From the NCBI GenBank assembly GCA_018664075.1, contig JABJOY010000074.1, positions 241-64,240 on the forward strand: a stretch of DNA of 64,000 bases, in the 5' to 3' direction. How positions within the stretch are numbered: position 1 is the stretch's first letter; every line of letters begins with the position of its first letter. The notes beneath the pieces are model-generated. The model searched no databases. It was not told where the DNA came from and saw only the letters and a list, made by a program, of their open reading frames with translations. Position numbers and translations under genes: made by a program. The DNA comes from Porticoccaceae bacterium (GTDB taxonomy: Bacteria > Pseudomonadota > Gammaproteobacteria > Pseudomonadales > Porticoccaceae). Positions 23,302 to 39,523 of this stretch are shown in pieces.

Positions 23302-24114
23302 ATGACCAGCAGCCACCTGATAGAACCCGCCGACCTGGAAGCCAGACTTGCCGACAGCAATTTGATTATTGTCGATCTGTGCAATCAGGCACTCTACCAA
23401 CAGAAACATGTGCCTGGCGCCGTGCATCTGCCCGGCAATCATCTGGTTGCAGGCTCCCCACCAGTGCCTGGCGCCTGCCCGGATTTGCAGCAGCTACAGC
23501 AGGTGATCAACTATCTGGGCATCAATGGCGATAAACAGGTCATTCTCTATGATGACGAAGGCGGCGGCTGGGCTGGTCGTATGGCCTGGACCATGGATTT
23601 GCTAGGGCTAAATAACTGGTGCTATTTGAATGGCGGCATAGTCGCCTGGATCAAAGAGGGCTTTGTCACCGAGTCTCAGGCCAACCAACCCAACAGTATT
23701 ACATCCACTGTAACCTTTGCCCAACCCGAGGCCCGGATCAGTCAGGATGAAATTATCCAGCAACTGGACTCCCCGGATTTTGCCGTCTGGGATGCCCGAA
23801 GCCCCGGAGAATATACTGGCGATATGGTGCGCTCAGCCCGCGGCGGCCATATTCCCGGCGCTATCAATCTGGAATGGACCGAGTTGATGGACAGACAGAA
23901 GAATCTGCGCATCCGTGACGATGCCCAGCAGATTCTGGACAGTCTCGGTCTTACCAGGAACAAACAGATTGCCACCCATTGCCAGAGTCATCATCGCTCC
24001 AGCTTTACCTATATGGTGGCGCGAATACTGGGTTATGGCAATATCCGCGGCTATGACGGATCCTGGGCAGAATGGGGCAACAATGAGCAAACCCCGGTGG
24101 AACTCGGCCTGTAA
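23302..24114 (+). CDS. rhdA: Two-domain rhodanese/thiosulfate sulfurtransferase (RhdA type)
   Basis: Active-site loop HCQSHHRS, GHIPGA, YDGSWAEWG. Confidence 0.88.
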   Translation: MTSSHLIEPADLEARLADSNLIIVDLCNQALYQQKHVPGAVHLPGNHLVAGSPPVPGACPDLQQLQQVINYLGINGDKQVILYDDEGGGWAGRMAWTMDLLGLNNWCYLNGGIVAWIKEGFVTESQANQPNSITSTVTFAQPEARISQDEIIQQLDSPDFAVWDARSPGEYTGDMVRSARGGHIPGAINLEWTELMDRQKNLRIRDDAQQILDSLGLTRNKQIATHCQSHHRSSFTYMVARILGYGNIRGYDGSWAEWGNNEQTPVELGL

Positions 24115-24155
24115 TCTCCGAGCCTGAACTAATATAACTATCGAGTATTACCAAC

Positions 24156-25040
24156 ATGAGCAATAGCGCCGAACTATTTGTCGCCCTGCAGCGAGTACTG
24201 CCAAAACATTTTCTGTCCCGGCTAATTGCCAGAGCCGCAGAGTCGCGGCAGCCCTGGTTAAAAAATATGCTGATCAGACGCGCCATCAAGACTTTCGATA
24301 TCAATATGCAAGAGGCGGTCTCAGACAACCTCGATGATTATGAAAACTTTAATGCCTTTTTTACCCGCGCCTTGAAACCCGGGGTAAGGCCAATTGATAG
24401 GAGCCAGACGAGCATTGTCTCCCCTGCAGATGGCGCTATCAGCCAGGCCGGTCCTATCAGCAAAAATAGAATCCTGCAGGCTAAAGGTATCGACTATTCC
24501 GTCAGCCGTCTGCTGGGTGACTCTAGTCAGGCTATGTTTTATCAGGATGGCAGCTTTGCCACCATCTATCTGTCACCCAAAGACTATCATCGAGTGCATA
24601 TGCCAGCGGCGGGCAAACTACTGAGCAGCAGATATATCCCGGGCGAACTGTTTTCAGTCAATGATAAAACCGCTCAGGCTCTGCCAGGCCTGTTTGCCCG
24701 CAATGAGCGACTGGTCTGTGAGTTTGAATCACCTGAGCTGGGCCGTTTTAGTCTGGTCTTTGTCGGCGCCATGCTGGTGGCTGGCATTGAAACTCAGTGG
24801 TCCGGCTTTGAGCAGCCCGGGCCAGGTGCAGTGCGGGAGACTGACCATGCCAGTGATGGATTACAGTTTGACAAAGGCGATGAAATCGGCCGCTTTAAAT
24901 TTGGCTCCACGGTAATATTATTGTTTCCCCCGCAGAGCATCGACTGGTCTCAGAAAATCGAGCCCTATGCAGTGGTTCAGATGGGGGAAGAGATTGCCCT
25001 AATGAACAATAAAGTGGGCAGTAAAAAGAAAAGTAAATAG
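24156..25040 (+). CDS. psd: Phosphatidylserine decarboxylase proenzyme
   Basis: FNAFFTRAL, SPADG, YLSPKDYHRVHMP, self-cleavage FKFGSTVILL. Confidence 0.96.
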   Translation: MSNSAELFVALQRVLPKHFLSRLIARAAESRQPWLKNMLIRRAIKTFDINMQEAVSDNLDDYENFNAFFTRALKPGVRPIDRSQTSIVSPADGAISQAGPISKNRILQAKGIDYSVSRLLGDSSQAMFYQDGSFATIYLSPKDYHRVHMPAAGKLLSSRYIPGELFSVNDKTAQALPGLFARNERLVCEFESPELGRFSLVFVGAMLVAGIETQWSGFEQPGPGAVRETDHASDGLQFDKGDEIGRFKFGSTVILLFPPQSIDWSQKIEPYAVVQMGEEIALMNNKVGSKKKSK

Positions 25041-25073
25041 AACTGGGATGCAGTATCCCGAGCGCACAACAAG

Positions 25074-26519
25074 TCAGCCCGCAAAACGCTGCTTTAATGC
25101 AGAGAAAAACCCCTGATTGCGGGAGCTTTCCGACTGTGCTGATAATGGCTGGGCATTGACAGCATTAAAGGGACGCGCGATCAAGGTCTCCAGCAAACTA
25201 TATTCAATACCAAAACTATCTGGCTCTATATCCCTAACAATCGCCAACTTGCTTACCTCGGCAGCCCGGCGTTTACCAAATTTCTGCAGCCGCTCAAGTG
25301 CCTGTTGATTATTTTTTAAGTCGATAAATATGCAGTTGCTCTGATCAACGTTGCCATCCTCATCATCAAAAACAGCCACTCTGGGTGCCAGGCGAGCCTT
25401 TGGGTTCTGCTCCACTACCATGCCACAGTCGCCAGTATTTAATTCAACAATAGTACCGGCCGGATACAGGCCGACGGACTGAATAAACTCTAGCACCAGC
25501 TCTTCGGCAAAGCCGTTACCACGCATCTGATACAGATGGCTTGTGGCCTTGGATGGTGCCATGGTGGCACCTGCCTCCCGGGGATTACACAGCAAATCGA
25601 ATTCAGAGGCTATGCCTGCAATACTGGCCAGAAACGGAATCCGATTACCAGCGCAGCCCTTGGGAAAGCCGCTGCCATCAAAACGCTCACAGTGAAACTT
25701 AATAATGTTCAGAACCTGGCGGTTATCAAACCCGGCTTTGTGCAACAGCTCTACGCTGTAGCTGACAAAGCTGCGATATTCCGCCTCCTGCTGGGCATTG
25801 CGACTGCGGCAGTGCAATAGCGACCGATCGAGTTTGACCCGACCTATATCCTTTAACAATGTCGCCAGGCACAGATCCTTTAACTGGTTTACTTCCAGCC
25901 CTATATGGCGGCCAAACTGGGTGGCCCACAGGGACGAGCGCACTGAATGATCATGGCTATGACTATCCTTGCTGCGCAGGCGCAATAACCAGGTAAAGGC
26001 ATCCGGACAGCGAATGACACTGTCGACCATCTCATTGACTGAGTCCTGTAACTGAGCCTGATCAAATGCCCCCTCCCGGAGCATTGCTCTGGTTGCCAGA
26101 GTCAGGCAGCCAAGGATGTTATTCATGGCTTTGCGGGCGGTGGGGATTTCTTTGGCCAGTTCAACGGTTTTTTTGTAGGTGCTGGGATTAATCACCAGAC
26201 TTTTGCGTTCGATCCGGGAGCGGGACTGTATTGAGGCTCTGTGTTTAACGGGAGAATGATGGGTTTTGGACTGCTGACCCAGAGTAACGCCTCTGGTGAC
26301 AGTCCCGGAGGACGCCTCCATATCCACAGGCGCCAGACCTTTTTCTATATCGATATAGACATAGTCGCAATAGGCTTTGACCCTGGAGACATCGGCGCCA
26401 TTCTTGATCTCAAAACCCTGAATGGGGAAAGGAGTTTCTGCCCAGGGCTTATCCAGAGCGGAGACAAACATCCCCACCTCGAGCTCATGGATAAACACCT
26501 TTAATTGCTTAAGAGACAT
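25074..26519 (-). CDS. DUF3391 + degenerate HD-GYP domain protein
   Basis: N-terminal LEVGMFVSALDKPWAETPFPIQGF (DUF3391-like); HD-GYP scaffold LLKDIG, HCERFDGSGFP, GLYPAGTIVEL. Confidence 0.85.
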   Translation of the reverse strand: MSLKQLKVFIHELEVGMFVSALDKPWAETPFPIQGFEIKNGADVSRVKAYCDYVYIDIEKGLAPVDMEASSGTVTRGVTLGQQSKTHHSPVKHRASIQSRSRIERKSLVINPSTYKKTVELAKEIPTARKAMNNILGCLTLATRAMLREGAFDQAQLQDSVNEMVDSVIRCPDAFTWLLRLRSKDSHSHDHSVRSSLWATQFGRHIGLEVNQLKDLCLATLLKDIGRVKLDRSLLHCRSRNAQQEAEYRSFVSYSVELLHKAGFDNRQVLNIIKFHCERFDGSGFPKGCAGNRIPFLASIAGIASEFDLLCNPREAGATMAPSKATSHLYQMRGNGFAEELVLEFIQSVGLYPAGTIVELNTGDCGMVVEQNPKARLAPRVAVFDDEDGNVDQSNCIFIDLKNNQQALERLQKFGKRRAAEVSKLAIVRDIEPDSFGIEYSLLETLIARPFNAVNAQPLSAQSESSRNQGFFSALKQRFAG

Positions 26520-26672
26520 ACAGCACCATCTAATCCATTAGATATTCAGACTATTGAGCCCTGTGACTCCATAGCAGACAGATAGAAGGTAATGTAAAGA
26601 CTTGTGGTTTCTAAACTGTGCGCCAGCTAATAGTTCAGGTAAATATAGACCAGGAATTAGCCGGGCTGAGGC

Positions 26673-27727
26673 TTAGTTTGCAGAAAATTTGTGAACCGCT
26701 TCAATAAAGGCTCTTGCATGCTCTGGATCTATGTCCGGAGTAATGCCATGTCCCAGATTAAAGATATGGCCAGCACCACCGCCAAAGGAACTCAAAATGC
26801 TCTGTACTTCGCGTTCAATGGTAGCCGGATCAGCGCGCAGAACCGCCGGATCCATATTGCCCTGCAGCGCAACCCTGTCCCCCACCCGGGCTTTGGCAGA
26901 ACCAATATCCACTGTCCAATCCAGTCCCAGTCCATGACAGCCTGTATCTGCCATGGCTTCCAGCCAATGACCACCGCCTTTGGTAAACAGGATAACCGGC
27001 ACATCTCGGCCATCGGCCTGTTTGATTAAACCGGCAACAATTTTTTCCATATAGGCCAGGGAAAATTCCTGATAGGCGGCATGGCTAAGCGCGCCACCCC
27101 AGGTATCAAAAATCTGTACCACCTGGGCACCGGCAACAATCTGGGCATTGAGATAATCAATTACCGAGAGAGCCAGTTTATCCAGCAGCTGATGCATCAA
27201 CTCTGGCTGGGTGTAGAGCATGGTTTTAGCCCGGGCAAAATCTCTGCTGCTCTGCCCTTCAATCATATAAGTGGCCAAGGTCCATGGGCTGCCGGAAAAG
27301 CCAATCAGTGGTACCCGGCCCTGCAACTCGCGGCGAATCATGCTGACTGCGTCGGTGACATAGGAGAGATCGGAAGCTGTGTTAATAACCTGAAGCTGGT
27401 TAATATCTGCTTCAGTGCGCACAGGCTTGCGGAATTTAGGTCCCTCGCCCTCTTCAAAATAAAGGCCGAGCCCCATGGCGTCAGGGATGGTAAGAATATC
27501 GGAAAATAAAATCGCGGCGTCCAGCTCATAGCGCTCAAGGGGCTGCAATGTCACTTCACAGGCCAATTCGGTATTTTTGCACAGGCTCATAAAGTCGCCG
27601 GCCTGAGCTCTGGTGGCACGATACTCTGGCAGATAGCGTCCGGCCTGGCGCATCATCCACACTGGTGTGCGGTCGACCGGCTGACGCATCAGCGCTTTTA
27701 GAAAACGATCATTTTTTAATTCAGACA

Positions 27728-27728
<1 letters not shown>
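26673..27728 (-). CDS. hemE: Uroporphyrinogen decarboxylase
   Basis: [30 protein letters not shown]. Confidence 0.98.
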
Positions 27729-33633
<5,905 letters not shown>

Positions 33634-33704
33634 AGTAGAACTCTAAAAAATAGTTTTGATGGATAGTCGAACGCACATTCTGTGCTAATGGACAAAAGCG
33701 CGAC

Positions 33705-33733
33705 ATTTTACACATTTAGCGCTTGTTGGACAA
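33705..33733 (-). promoter_or_regulatory. sigma70 promoter of gltBD-hemE
   Basis: TTGTCC-17nt-TAAAAT, GC-rich discriminator. Confidence 0.6.
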
Positions 33734-33816
33734 TCAGTTATACGCGCTACAGCTATTGTACGGCGTAGCCTAGAGGACTAGTTCTATCCTTATTTAAGGA
33801 TTTATTCTCGACGGGG

Positions 33817-34935
33817 CTAATCGGAGCAGGCATCAGCCAGAATCTGTTGCAGCAGATTCATGTCAAAGTCAGCACCGACAAACCCATGACCTATGCCTTT
33901 TAACAACACCAGTCGCAATTGGCCGTCGAGAACCTTCTTATCGCGAACCATAAGCTGTAAGAAATCTTCACTGGTCATATCCGCTGGCGGTCGCGTAGGC
34001 AGACCACAGGCCTCGATCAACGTCTCCGTACGCTGCAGCTCCTCAGCACTCATATCACCGGCGGCAACAGAAAGCTGCGCTGCCATAACCATGCCCGCAG
34101 CTACTGCTTCACCATGCAACCAGTCAGTGTAGCCCTGAAAAGTTTCAATACTGTGACCAAAGGTATGGCCCAGATTGAGAATAGCCCGCACCCCCTGCTC
34201 AGTCTCGTCGGCGCTAACTATCTCGGCTTTGTTGATGCAGGAGCGTTCAATCCCATAGGCCAGAGCTGCACTATCCCTCTCTAACAGGGCGCTGAGGTTA
34301 TCTTCCAGCCAGTGAAAAAATTCAGCGTCAGCAATTAGGCCGTACTTAATAACCTCAGCCATCCCCGCGCAGAACTCTCGATCGGGCAGAGTTGCCAGAC
34401 TATCAGTATCAATAATCACTGCCTGGGGCTGGTAGAAGGCGCCAATCATATTTTTGCCCAGACTATGGTTGACCGCGGTTTTGCCGCCCACTGAAGAATC
34501 AACCTGGGCCAGCAGGGTAGTGGGCACCTGAATAAATGGCACCCCACGCTGATAGCTGGCCGCAGCGAATCCTGTCATATCTCCCACAACACCACCGCCC
34601 AGTGCTATGAGAGTAGTTTTGCGGTCATGGTGGCTTTGCAGCAGTTGGCTGTAGATATGATTGAGATTGTCGAGATTTTTGTACTGTTCGCCATCTTCAA
34701 GAATAACTGTGTCGATATGCTTATCTTGCAGCTGATCTTTAAGGGCCGGCAGGTAAAGTGGCGCTATGGAGGTATTGGTGACAATCAGGGCCTTTTTGCC
34801 CTGCACATACTGAGAAATATTGGCCCCAGCAAGCTGTCCCGGACCTATATGGATAGGGTAACTTCTATCGCCCAGATCAACGGTGACCGAGGTAACTTGG
34901 CTGGCTGGGGTTGACGTGGAAACTGTGCTGCTCAT
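33817..34935 (-). CDS. aroB: 3-dehydroquinate synthase
   Basis: [44 protein letters not shown]; start approximate. Confidence 0.97.
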   Translation of the reverse strand: MSSTVSTSTPASQVTSVTVDLGDRSYPIHIGPGQLAGANISQYVQGKKALIVTNTSIAPLYLPALKDQLQDKHIDTVILEDGEQYKNLDNLNHIYSQLLQSHHDRKTTLIALGGGVVGDMTGFAAASYQRGVPFIQVPTTLLAQVDSSVGGKTAVNHSLGKNMIGAFYQPQAVIIDTDSLATLPDREFCAGMAEVIKYGLIADAEFFHWLEDNLSALLERDSAALAYGIERSCINKAEIVSADETEQGVRAILNLGHTFGHSIETFQGYTDWLHGEAVAAGMVMAAQLSVAAGDMSAEELQRTETLIEACGLPTRPPADMTSEDFLQLMVRDKKVLDGQLRLVLLKGIGHGFVGADFDMNLLQQILADACSD

Positions 34936-34991
34936 GGGGCAATAACTCAACTGTGGTCTGGACTGGTATTATGCTTAGACCAGACGAATTA

Positions 34992-35510
34992 TCAAAGCCC
35001 TGCGAGAGCCTCTGCGAGGTTTTTTGTTAACTTGCTGGGGGCAACAGAGCCCGAAGGGAACACCAGGTCGGCAACCTCTTGATACAGAGGGTCCCTTGTC
35101 TCCACCAGTTTATCGATCACCCCTTTGCGATCATCCACCTGCAATAGAGGCCTGCTTTTGTCTTTGCGGGTTCTCTCATAGAGCTGTTCTTTGGTGGCAG
35201 ACAGATAGATAACCTGGCCATTTTCTTTCAGCGTGGCACGGTTTGCTGCACTGAGAATAATACCGCCGCCAGTTGCAATCACGGAAGACTGTTCATTGGC
35301 CACAACCTCGAGTAACACTTTGGTTTCCCTGGCGCGAAAGCCCGCCTCTCCTTCCATATCAAATATCCACTGAATATCCGCACCGGTGCGAGACTCAATC
35401 TCGTTATCAATATCAAAAAAGGGACGATTGAGAAAGCTGGCCAGCTGCCGCCCAATAGTCGATTTGCCCGCCCCCATGGGGCCGACTAGAAAAATATGTT
35501 GTTCGCTCAT
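34992..35510 (-). CDS. aroK: Shikimate kinase
   Basis: GPMGAGKSTIG, EGEAGFRARE, TGGG, RPLL. Confidence 0.97.
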   Translation of the reverse strand: MSEQHIFLVGPMGAGKSTIGRQLASFLNRPFFDIDNEIESRTGADIQWIFDMEGEAGFRARETKVLLEVVANEQSSVIATGGGIILSAANRATLKENGQVIYLSATKEQLYERTRKDKSRPLLQVDDRKGVIDKLVETRDPLYQEVADLVFPSGSVAPSKLTKNLAEALAGL

Positions 35511-37756
35511 CTGTCCAGAAGATTATCGTCAATTATTTTTGGAGTTATAAAGATGAGTATTTCACGTTTTTCAATATTTCGCAGGTCATTTCTGAAAAGC
35601 TTGCCTAAAAAAGGGATATCTCCAAGCATGGGCACCTTTTCTGTCCCCTTAACTTCCTCGGTCTGGAAAATACCGCCGAGTACCAACGTCTGACCATCAC
35701 CCACCAGAGCCTGGGTTTCAATCTGGGTAATATCGATAGAGGGCTCGCCAGTGGGAGTAAACGCACCCACAGAATCCTGAGACACCAGCAGATCCATAAT
35801 AATGCGATTGTCCGGGGTAATCTGGGGAGTCACCTCCAGCTGCAGCACGGCCTCTTTAAATTCAATGCTGGTAGCACCACTGGAAGTCGCCTTCTGATAG
35901 GCAATCTCGGTACCAGACTTGATCACTGCCTGCTGTTTATCTCCGGTCAACACCTTGGGTTGAGAGACAATTTCGCCGTAGCCGTCTGACTCCAGCGCAC
36001 TGAGCTCCAGATCAATTAAAAAATTATCGGTCAGATATCCAAGACTAAAGGAGCCCGTAGGGTTGGATACACCCAGATCCACAGCCAGACTATCGCCTAG
36101 GCCAAAGTCATAATTCTGGGTCACAGTGGTAATATCATCTGCGGTAAAAGGCAAGCCATCCGGACCATCATCAACCTCTACTTCATCCGCCTGATAGGTA
36201 AATGTCTCCACTACCCCGGCACCAGGTGTGAGCCCGGATCTGCGACCGGAAAAGCCCAGACTGCGGTCGCCACTGGCACTTGAAAACTGCCCACCGGACA
36301 GCTTATCGAGGCCCGCCAGACCCCAGGTCACCCCCAGCTCTTTCTTAAAGTCGGTATTGGCAATCACAATCCGCGCCTAAATTAACACCTGCTTGATTGG
36401 CACATCAATCTCACTGATCAGGCGCTTAAACTCATTAATCTTTTCTTCAGTATCGGTGAGAATAATGGTGTTGGTGCGTTGATCAACAATAGCGCTGCCC
36501 CGCTCGGACAATATGCTGGTGGTGGCATTGCCCTCAGTGGCACCGCCGGACTGACCAGACTGGGAATCATCGGCGGTAAACAGTTCAAAAATCTCTGCCG
36601 CATCGGCATATTTAATTCGTACAAAGGCAGTTTCCAATGGCGCCAATTCCTGCAGCTGCTTATTGGCCTCTACCTGCAACCGCTCCTGCTCGGCAATCTC
36701 TGCCGCTGGAGCAACCATCAACACATTGCCCTCCTGACGCTTATCCAACCCCTTGGCTTTAAGCACAATTTCCAATGCCTGATCCCAGGGCACCTTATCC
36801 AGACGCAGGGTAATACTGCCGGTTACAGTGTCACTGGCCACCAGATTGAGAGAGGTAAAGTCGGCAATCAGCTGCAGCACTGAACGCACTTCAATATCCT
36901 GGAAATTAAGTGACAGTCGGTCACCGGTAAAGTCGAACTTTTTGTTGTGCAGCTCCACCTCGGCCGCAGTCAGTGGCTTGACGCTAACGATGTACTGTTT
37001 ATCTGCCTGATAGGCCAGATAGTCATACTGACCCTCAGCCTCAATGGTCACCACAGTCGTAGAACCCTGCTGCATTGTATCTATAGCTGTGACTGGTGTG
37101 GCAAAATCAACTACATCCAGACGTCTATCCAGATGATCTGGAAGTTCCGTCTGATAAAACTCCAAACGAATTTTGCTGCCGGTTTTATTGATATCAATAT
37201 TCACCGCAGGGTCGCTGAGATCAAGTTTGATCAGGCCGGCCCCCTGGGCATCGCGCCGAAAATCAACGCCAGTTAAAGCGGCACTCAACTCAGTGAAATC
37301 AGCACGCCTGTCATCGCTGCCCTGGGCATAGGTTGAAGCAATGGGCATGGCGCTGGTGGCGTTGGCGCTTTGATCTACGCCCACCTTAACCATTAGACGA
37401 TCACCCTCTATGCGGGTGATAAAGGGCGCAGACTCATTGAGATTGACAATCAATCTGGTTCGACTGCCATCGGAGACCACCACCGCATCCCGGGCATTTT
37501 CAAAGGACAGGGGATATTTTTTCTTCGCCAGCTGGCTTTGCACATCGGCAAAGTCCAATACCAGACGCGCGGGCTCGGCAATTTCATAGCTCTTGGGCTG
37601 CGGTGGCCGCTGCGAGAACTGCAGACTGATCTCAAACTGATCGCTGGACAGCGAGGTAAAATCTATATCAGTTACCCTGTTATCTATGGCTGCCGCAGAC
37701 CAGGAAAAGCAATAGAGACTCAGCATTAAAAAACAGCATTTCACTCGACTAATCAT
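35507..37756 (-). pseudogene. pilQ: Type IV pilus secretin PilQ interrupted by an in-frame TAG at 36377-36379
   Basis: The two track ORFs share one frame: ..DVPIKQVLI-TAG-ARIVIAN.. where secretins read QVLIEARIV. 5' part has signal peptide, two AMIN domains, LSLNFQDIEVRSVL; 3' part has the secretin barrel (PMLGDIPFLGKLF, LIFITPKI). Likely start ATG 37756 (or 37789). Confidence 0.88.
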
Positions 37757-37778
37757 TTTATCTTCCCTAATGAGTTGA

Positions 37779-38324
37779 TCACTCTTCATTCATGGCCAAT
37801 GTTCTGGGCCGGTTAATCCATCCACCACTGCCGTCGGGAACCGTCTCCAAAACTTCCAGCTCGAAACTGTCAATCTGGGTAATTCTGCCAAAGTTGCGGC
37901 CCAGATAATTGCCCTGGGTCACCCTGTGTATTCTGCCCTCACCATCATTGATCAATGCCCATATCTGCTGGTCGCGACTGAGGGTACCGACCATCGACAA
38001 GGCACTGTAATTAAACTGCTCCAGAGGTTCCCGCTGCCTGATCTGATCTGGCTCTGCCACGGCCGCACCGGATAAACGGCCATCTCCAGTATCAAGCAAG
38101 GGCGCCTCAAAGGGACTGCGCATGGCCAGAGCTGAATAATTAAATCGCTCTGCCGGAGGGTAAGTCGGCAAAGGTTCAATACTGCCCTGAGGGCGCTCAC
38201 GAGACTCAGCCATTAAGGCATCAAGATCATCAAATTGACTGTCTGAGGAGCAGCCACAGATCAATGCGACAGAACAGATAACCAGCGTTTTTACCGGCAA
38301 TTTTAAAGACACGCCTGCCATCAA
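37779..38324 (-). CDS. pilP: Type IV pilus lipoprotein PilP
   Basis: Lipobox ICGC, MRSPF, REPLEQF, VTQGNYLGRNFGRI. Confidence 0.93.
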   Translation of the reverse strand: MMAGVSLKLPVKTLVICSVALICGCSSDSQFDDLDALMAESRERPQGSIEPLPTYPPAERFNYSALAMRSPFEAPLLDTGDGRLSGAAVAEPDQIRQREPLEQFNYSALSMVGTLSRDQQIWALINDGEGRIHRVTQGNYLGRNFGRITQIDSFELEVLETVPDGSGGWINRPRTLAMNEE

Positions 38325-38929
38325 TGGGCCTCCTCTTTATATCTGTAGGTCTTGGCCTCGATGACCATATTGAGCAATGAGCCATTGCCCGCCTCTATGG
38401 AGTAATCGTGCAGAGTGACAATTCTTGAGAGCGCGGCAACACCGCTGACAAAGGAACCAAAGTCGTGGTAGTCGCCGATCACATCAATCTTGATCGGCAA
38501 CTCAACATAAAACTCAGAGACTTTTTCCGGTTGCAGGGAAATTGCTTTCATACTCAAACCGCTGGCATAGGCTACCTCTGTAATATCTTCCAGTAGACCC
38601 GGCACCTCGGTATCCTTGGGCAGCTGCTTAAGCAGTGCACCAAAGGTTTCATCCAGCTCCAGCATCTGCTGGCGATAGGCCTGCAAATTAGCCGCCTGAA
38701 AAGCCTTGGTCTCGTACTGCTGCAGCAAACTTGTCTCTTTATTGCTGGCTATCTGGTATTGGTGGCGCAATTCTTTTACCTTGAAAAGGTAGCCTGCAAG
38801 CAACACAACAATAAATACCAGCATCAGCAAAACGGTTTTTACCGATGCTGGCCATACGCCAATCTGCTGCATATCTAGATCGGCAAAATCTATATCCTTA
38901 AGTTCCTTTAAGCTGTCTTGAAATGACAT
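38321..38929 (-). CDS. pilO: Type IV pilus protein PilO
   Basis: LKQLPKDTEVPGLLEDI, FYVELPI, YHDFGSFVSGVAALSRIVTL. Confidence 0.93.
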   Translation of the reverse strand: MSFQDSLKELKDIDFADLDMQQIGVWPASVKTVLLMLVFIVVLLAGYLFKVKELRHQYQIASNKETSLLQQYETKAFQAANLQAYRQQMLELDETFGALLKQLPKDTEVPGLLEDITEVAYASGLSMKAISLQPEKVSEFYVELPIKIDVIGDYHDFGSFVSGVAALSRIVTLHDYSIEAGNGSLLNMVIEAKTYRYKEEAH

Positions 38930-38965
38930 ATCATCCCTGCTTATTGTTCAAAAATCTCAGATTGG

Positions 38966-39523
38966 CTAAATCTCGTCCGTCGCCGGCTCTTCAATACCTA
39001 TCTGCAAATGAAATACACTGCCCTGAATACCCAGCTGGTCATTTTGTTCCACCTTGGCCAGGTTGGGGTCCCGATATTTGCCAGATTTATCCAGATTTCT
39101 CATCAGTGATGAGATCCGATTATTCGATTCAGCGAACCCAGACATTTTTATCTGGCCAGCTACTCGATCCAACTCCGACAGATAGATACCGTCCGGAATA
39201 GCGCGCACCAATTCATCAAAAATCTTAACAATCTCCGATCTAGTGCCCTGCAGATCCTGAATCACTTTCATGCGTACAATCATTTCTTGTTTTTTGTTTC
39301 TCAGCTCACTGATCTCTGCAACTTTTTTATCCATCTCGGCAATACTGCTTTGCAGATAGGCATTGCGTTCTTGCCGCTCTTCCACCGCAGAGCCAGCCAC
39401 ACTGATCCACAGGGAAACCAGTATTGTTGAACTCAGTGCCATCAGCCCCAGCTTGCCCAGATAGTCTCTTTTTAACTGCTCCCGAGATTCCTCCCGCCAG
39501 GGCAAAAGATTGATTTGTGACAT
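38966..39523 (-). CDS. pilN: Type IV pilus protein PilN
   Basis: INLLPWRE, GFAESNNRISSLMRNL. Confidence 0.93.
   Translation of the reverse strand: MSQINLLPWREESREQLKRDYLGKLGLMALSSTILVSLWISVAGSAVEERQERNAYLQSSIAEMDKKVAEISELRNKKQEMIVRMKVIQDLQGTRSEIVKIFDELVRAIPDGIYLSELDRVAGQIKMSGFAESNNRISSLMRNLDKSGKYRDPNLAKVEQNDQLGIQGSVFHLQIGIEEPATDEI

Noticed and set aside
36377-36379. Genome-wide TAG reassignment (alternative code or pyrrolysine)
   Set aside because: TAG is the normal stop of nuoB and rsgA, and no other gene in the window is interrupted
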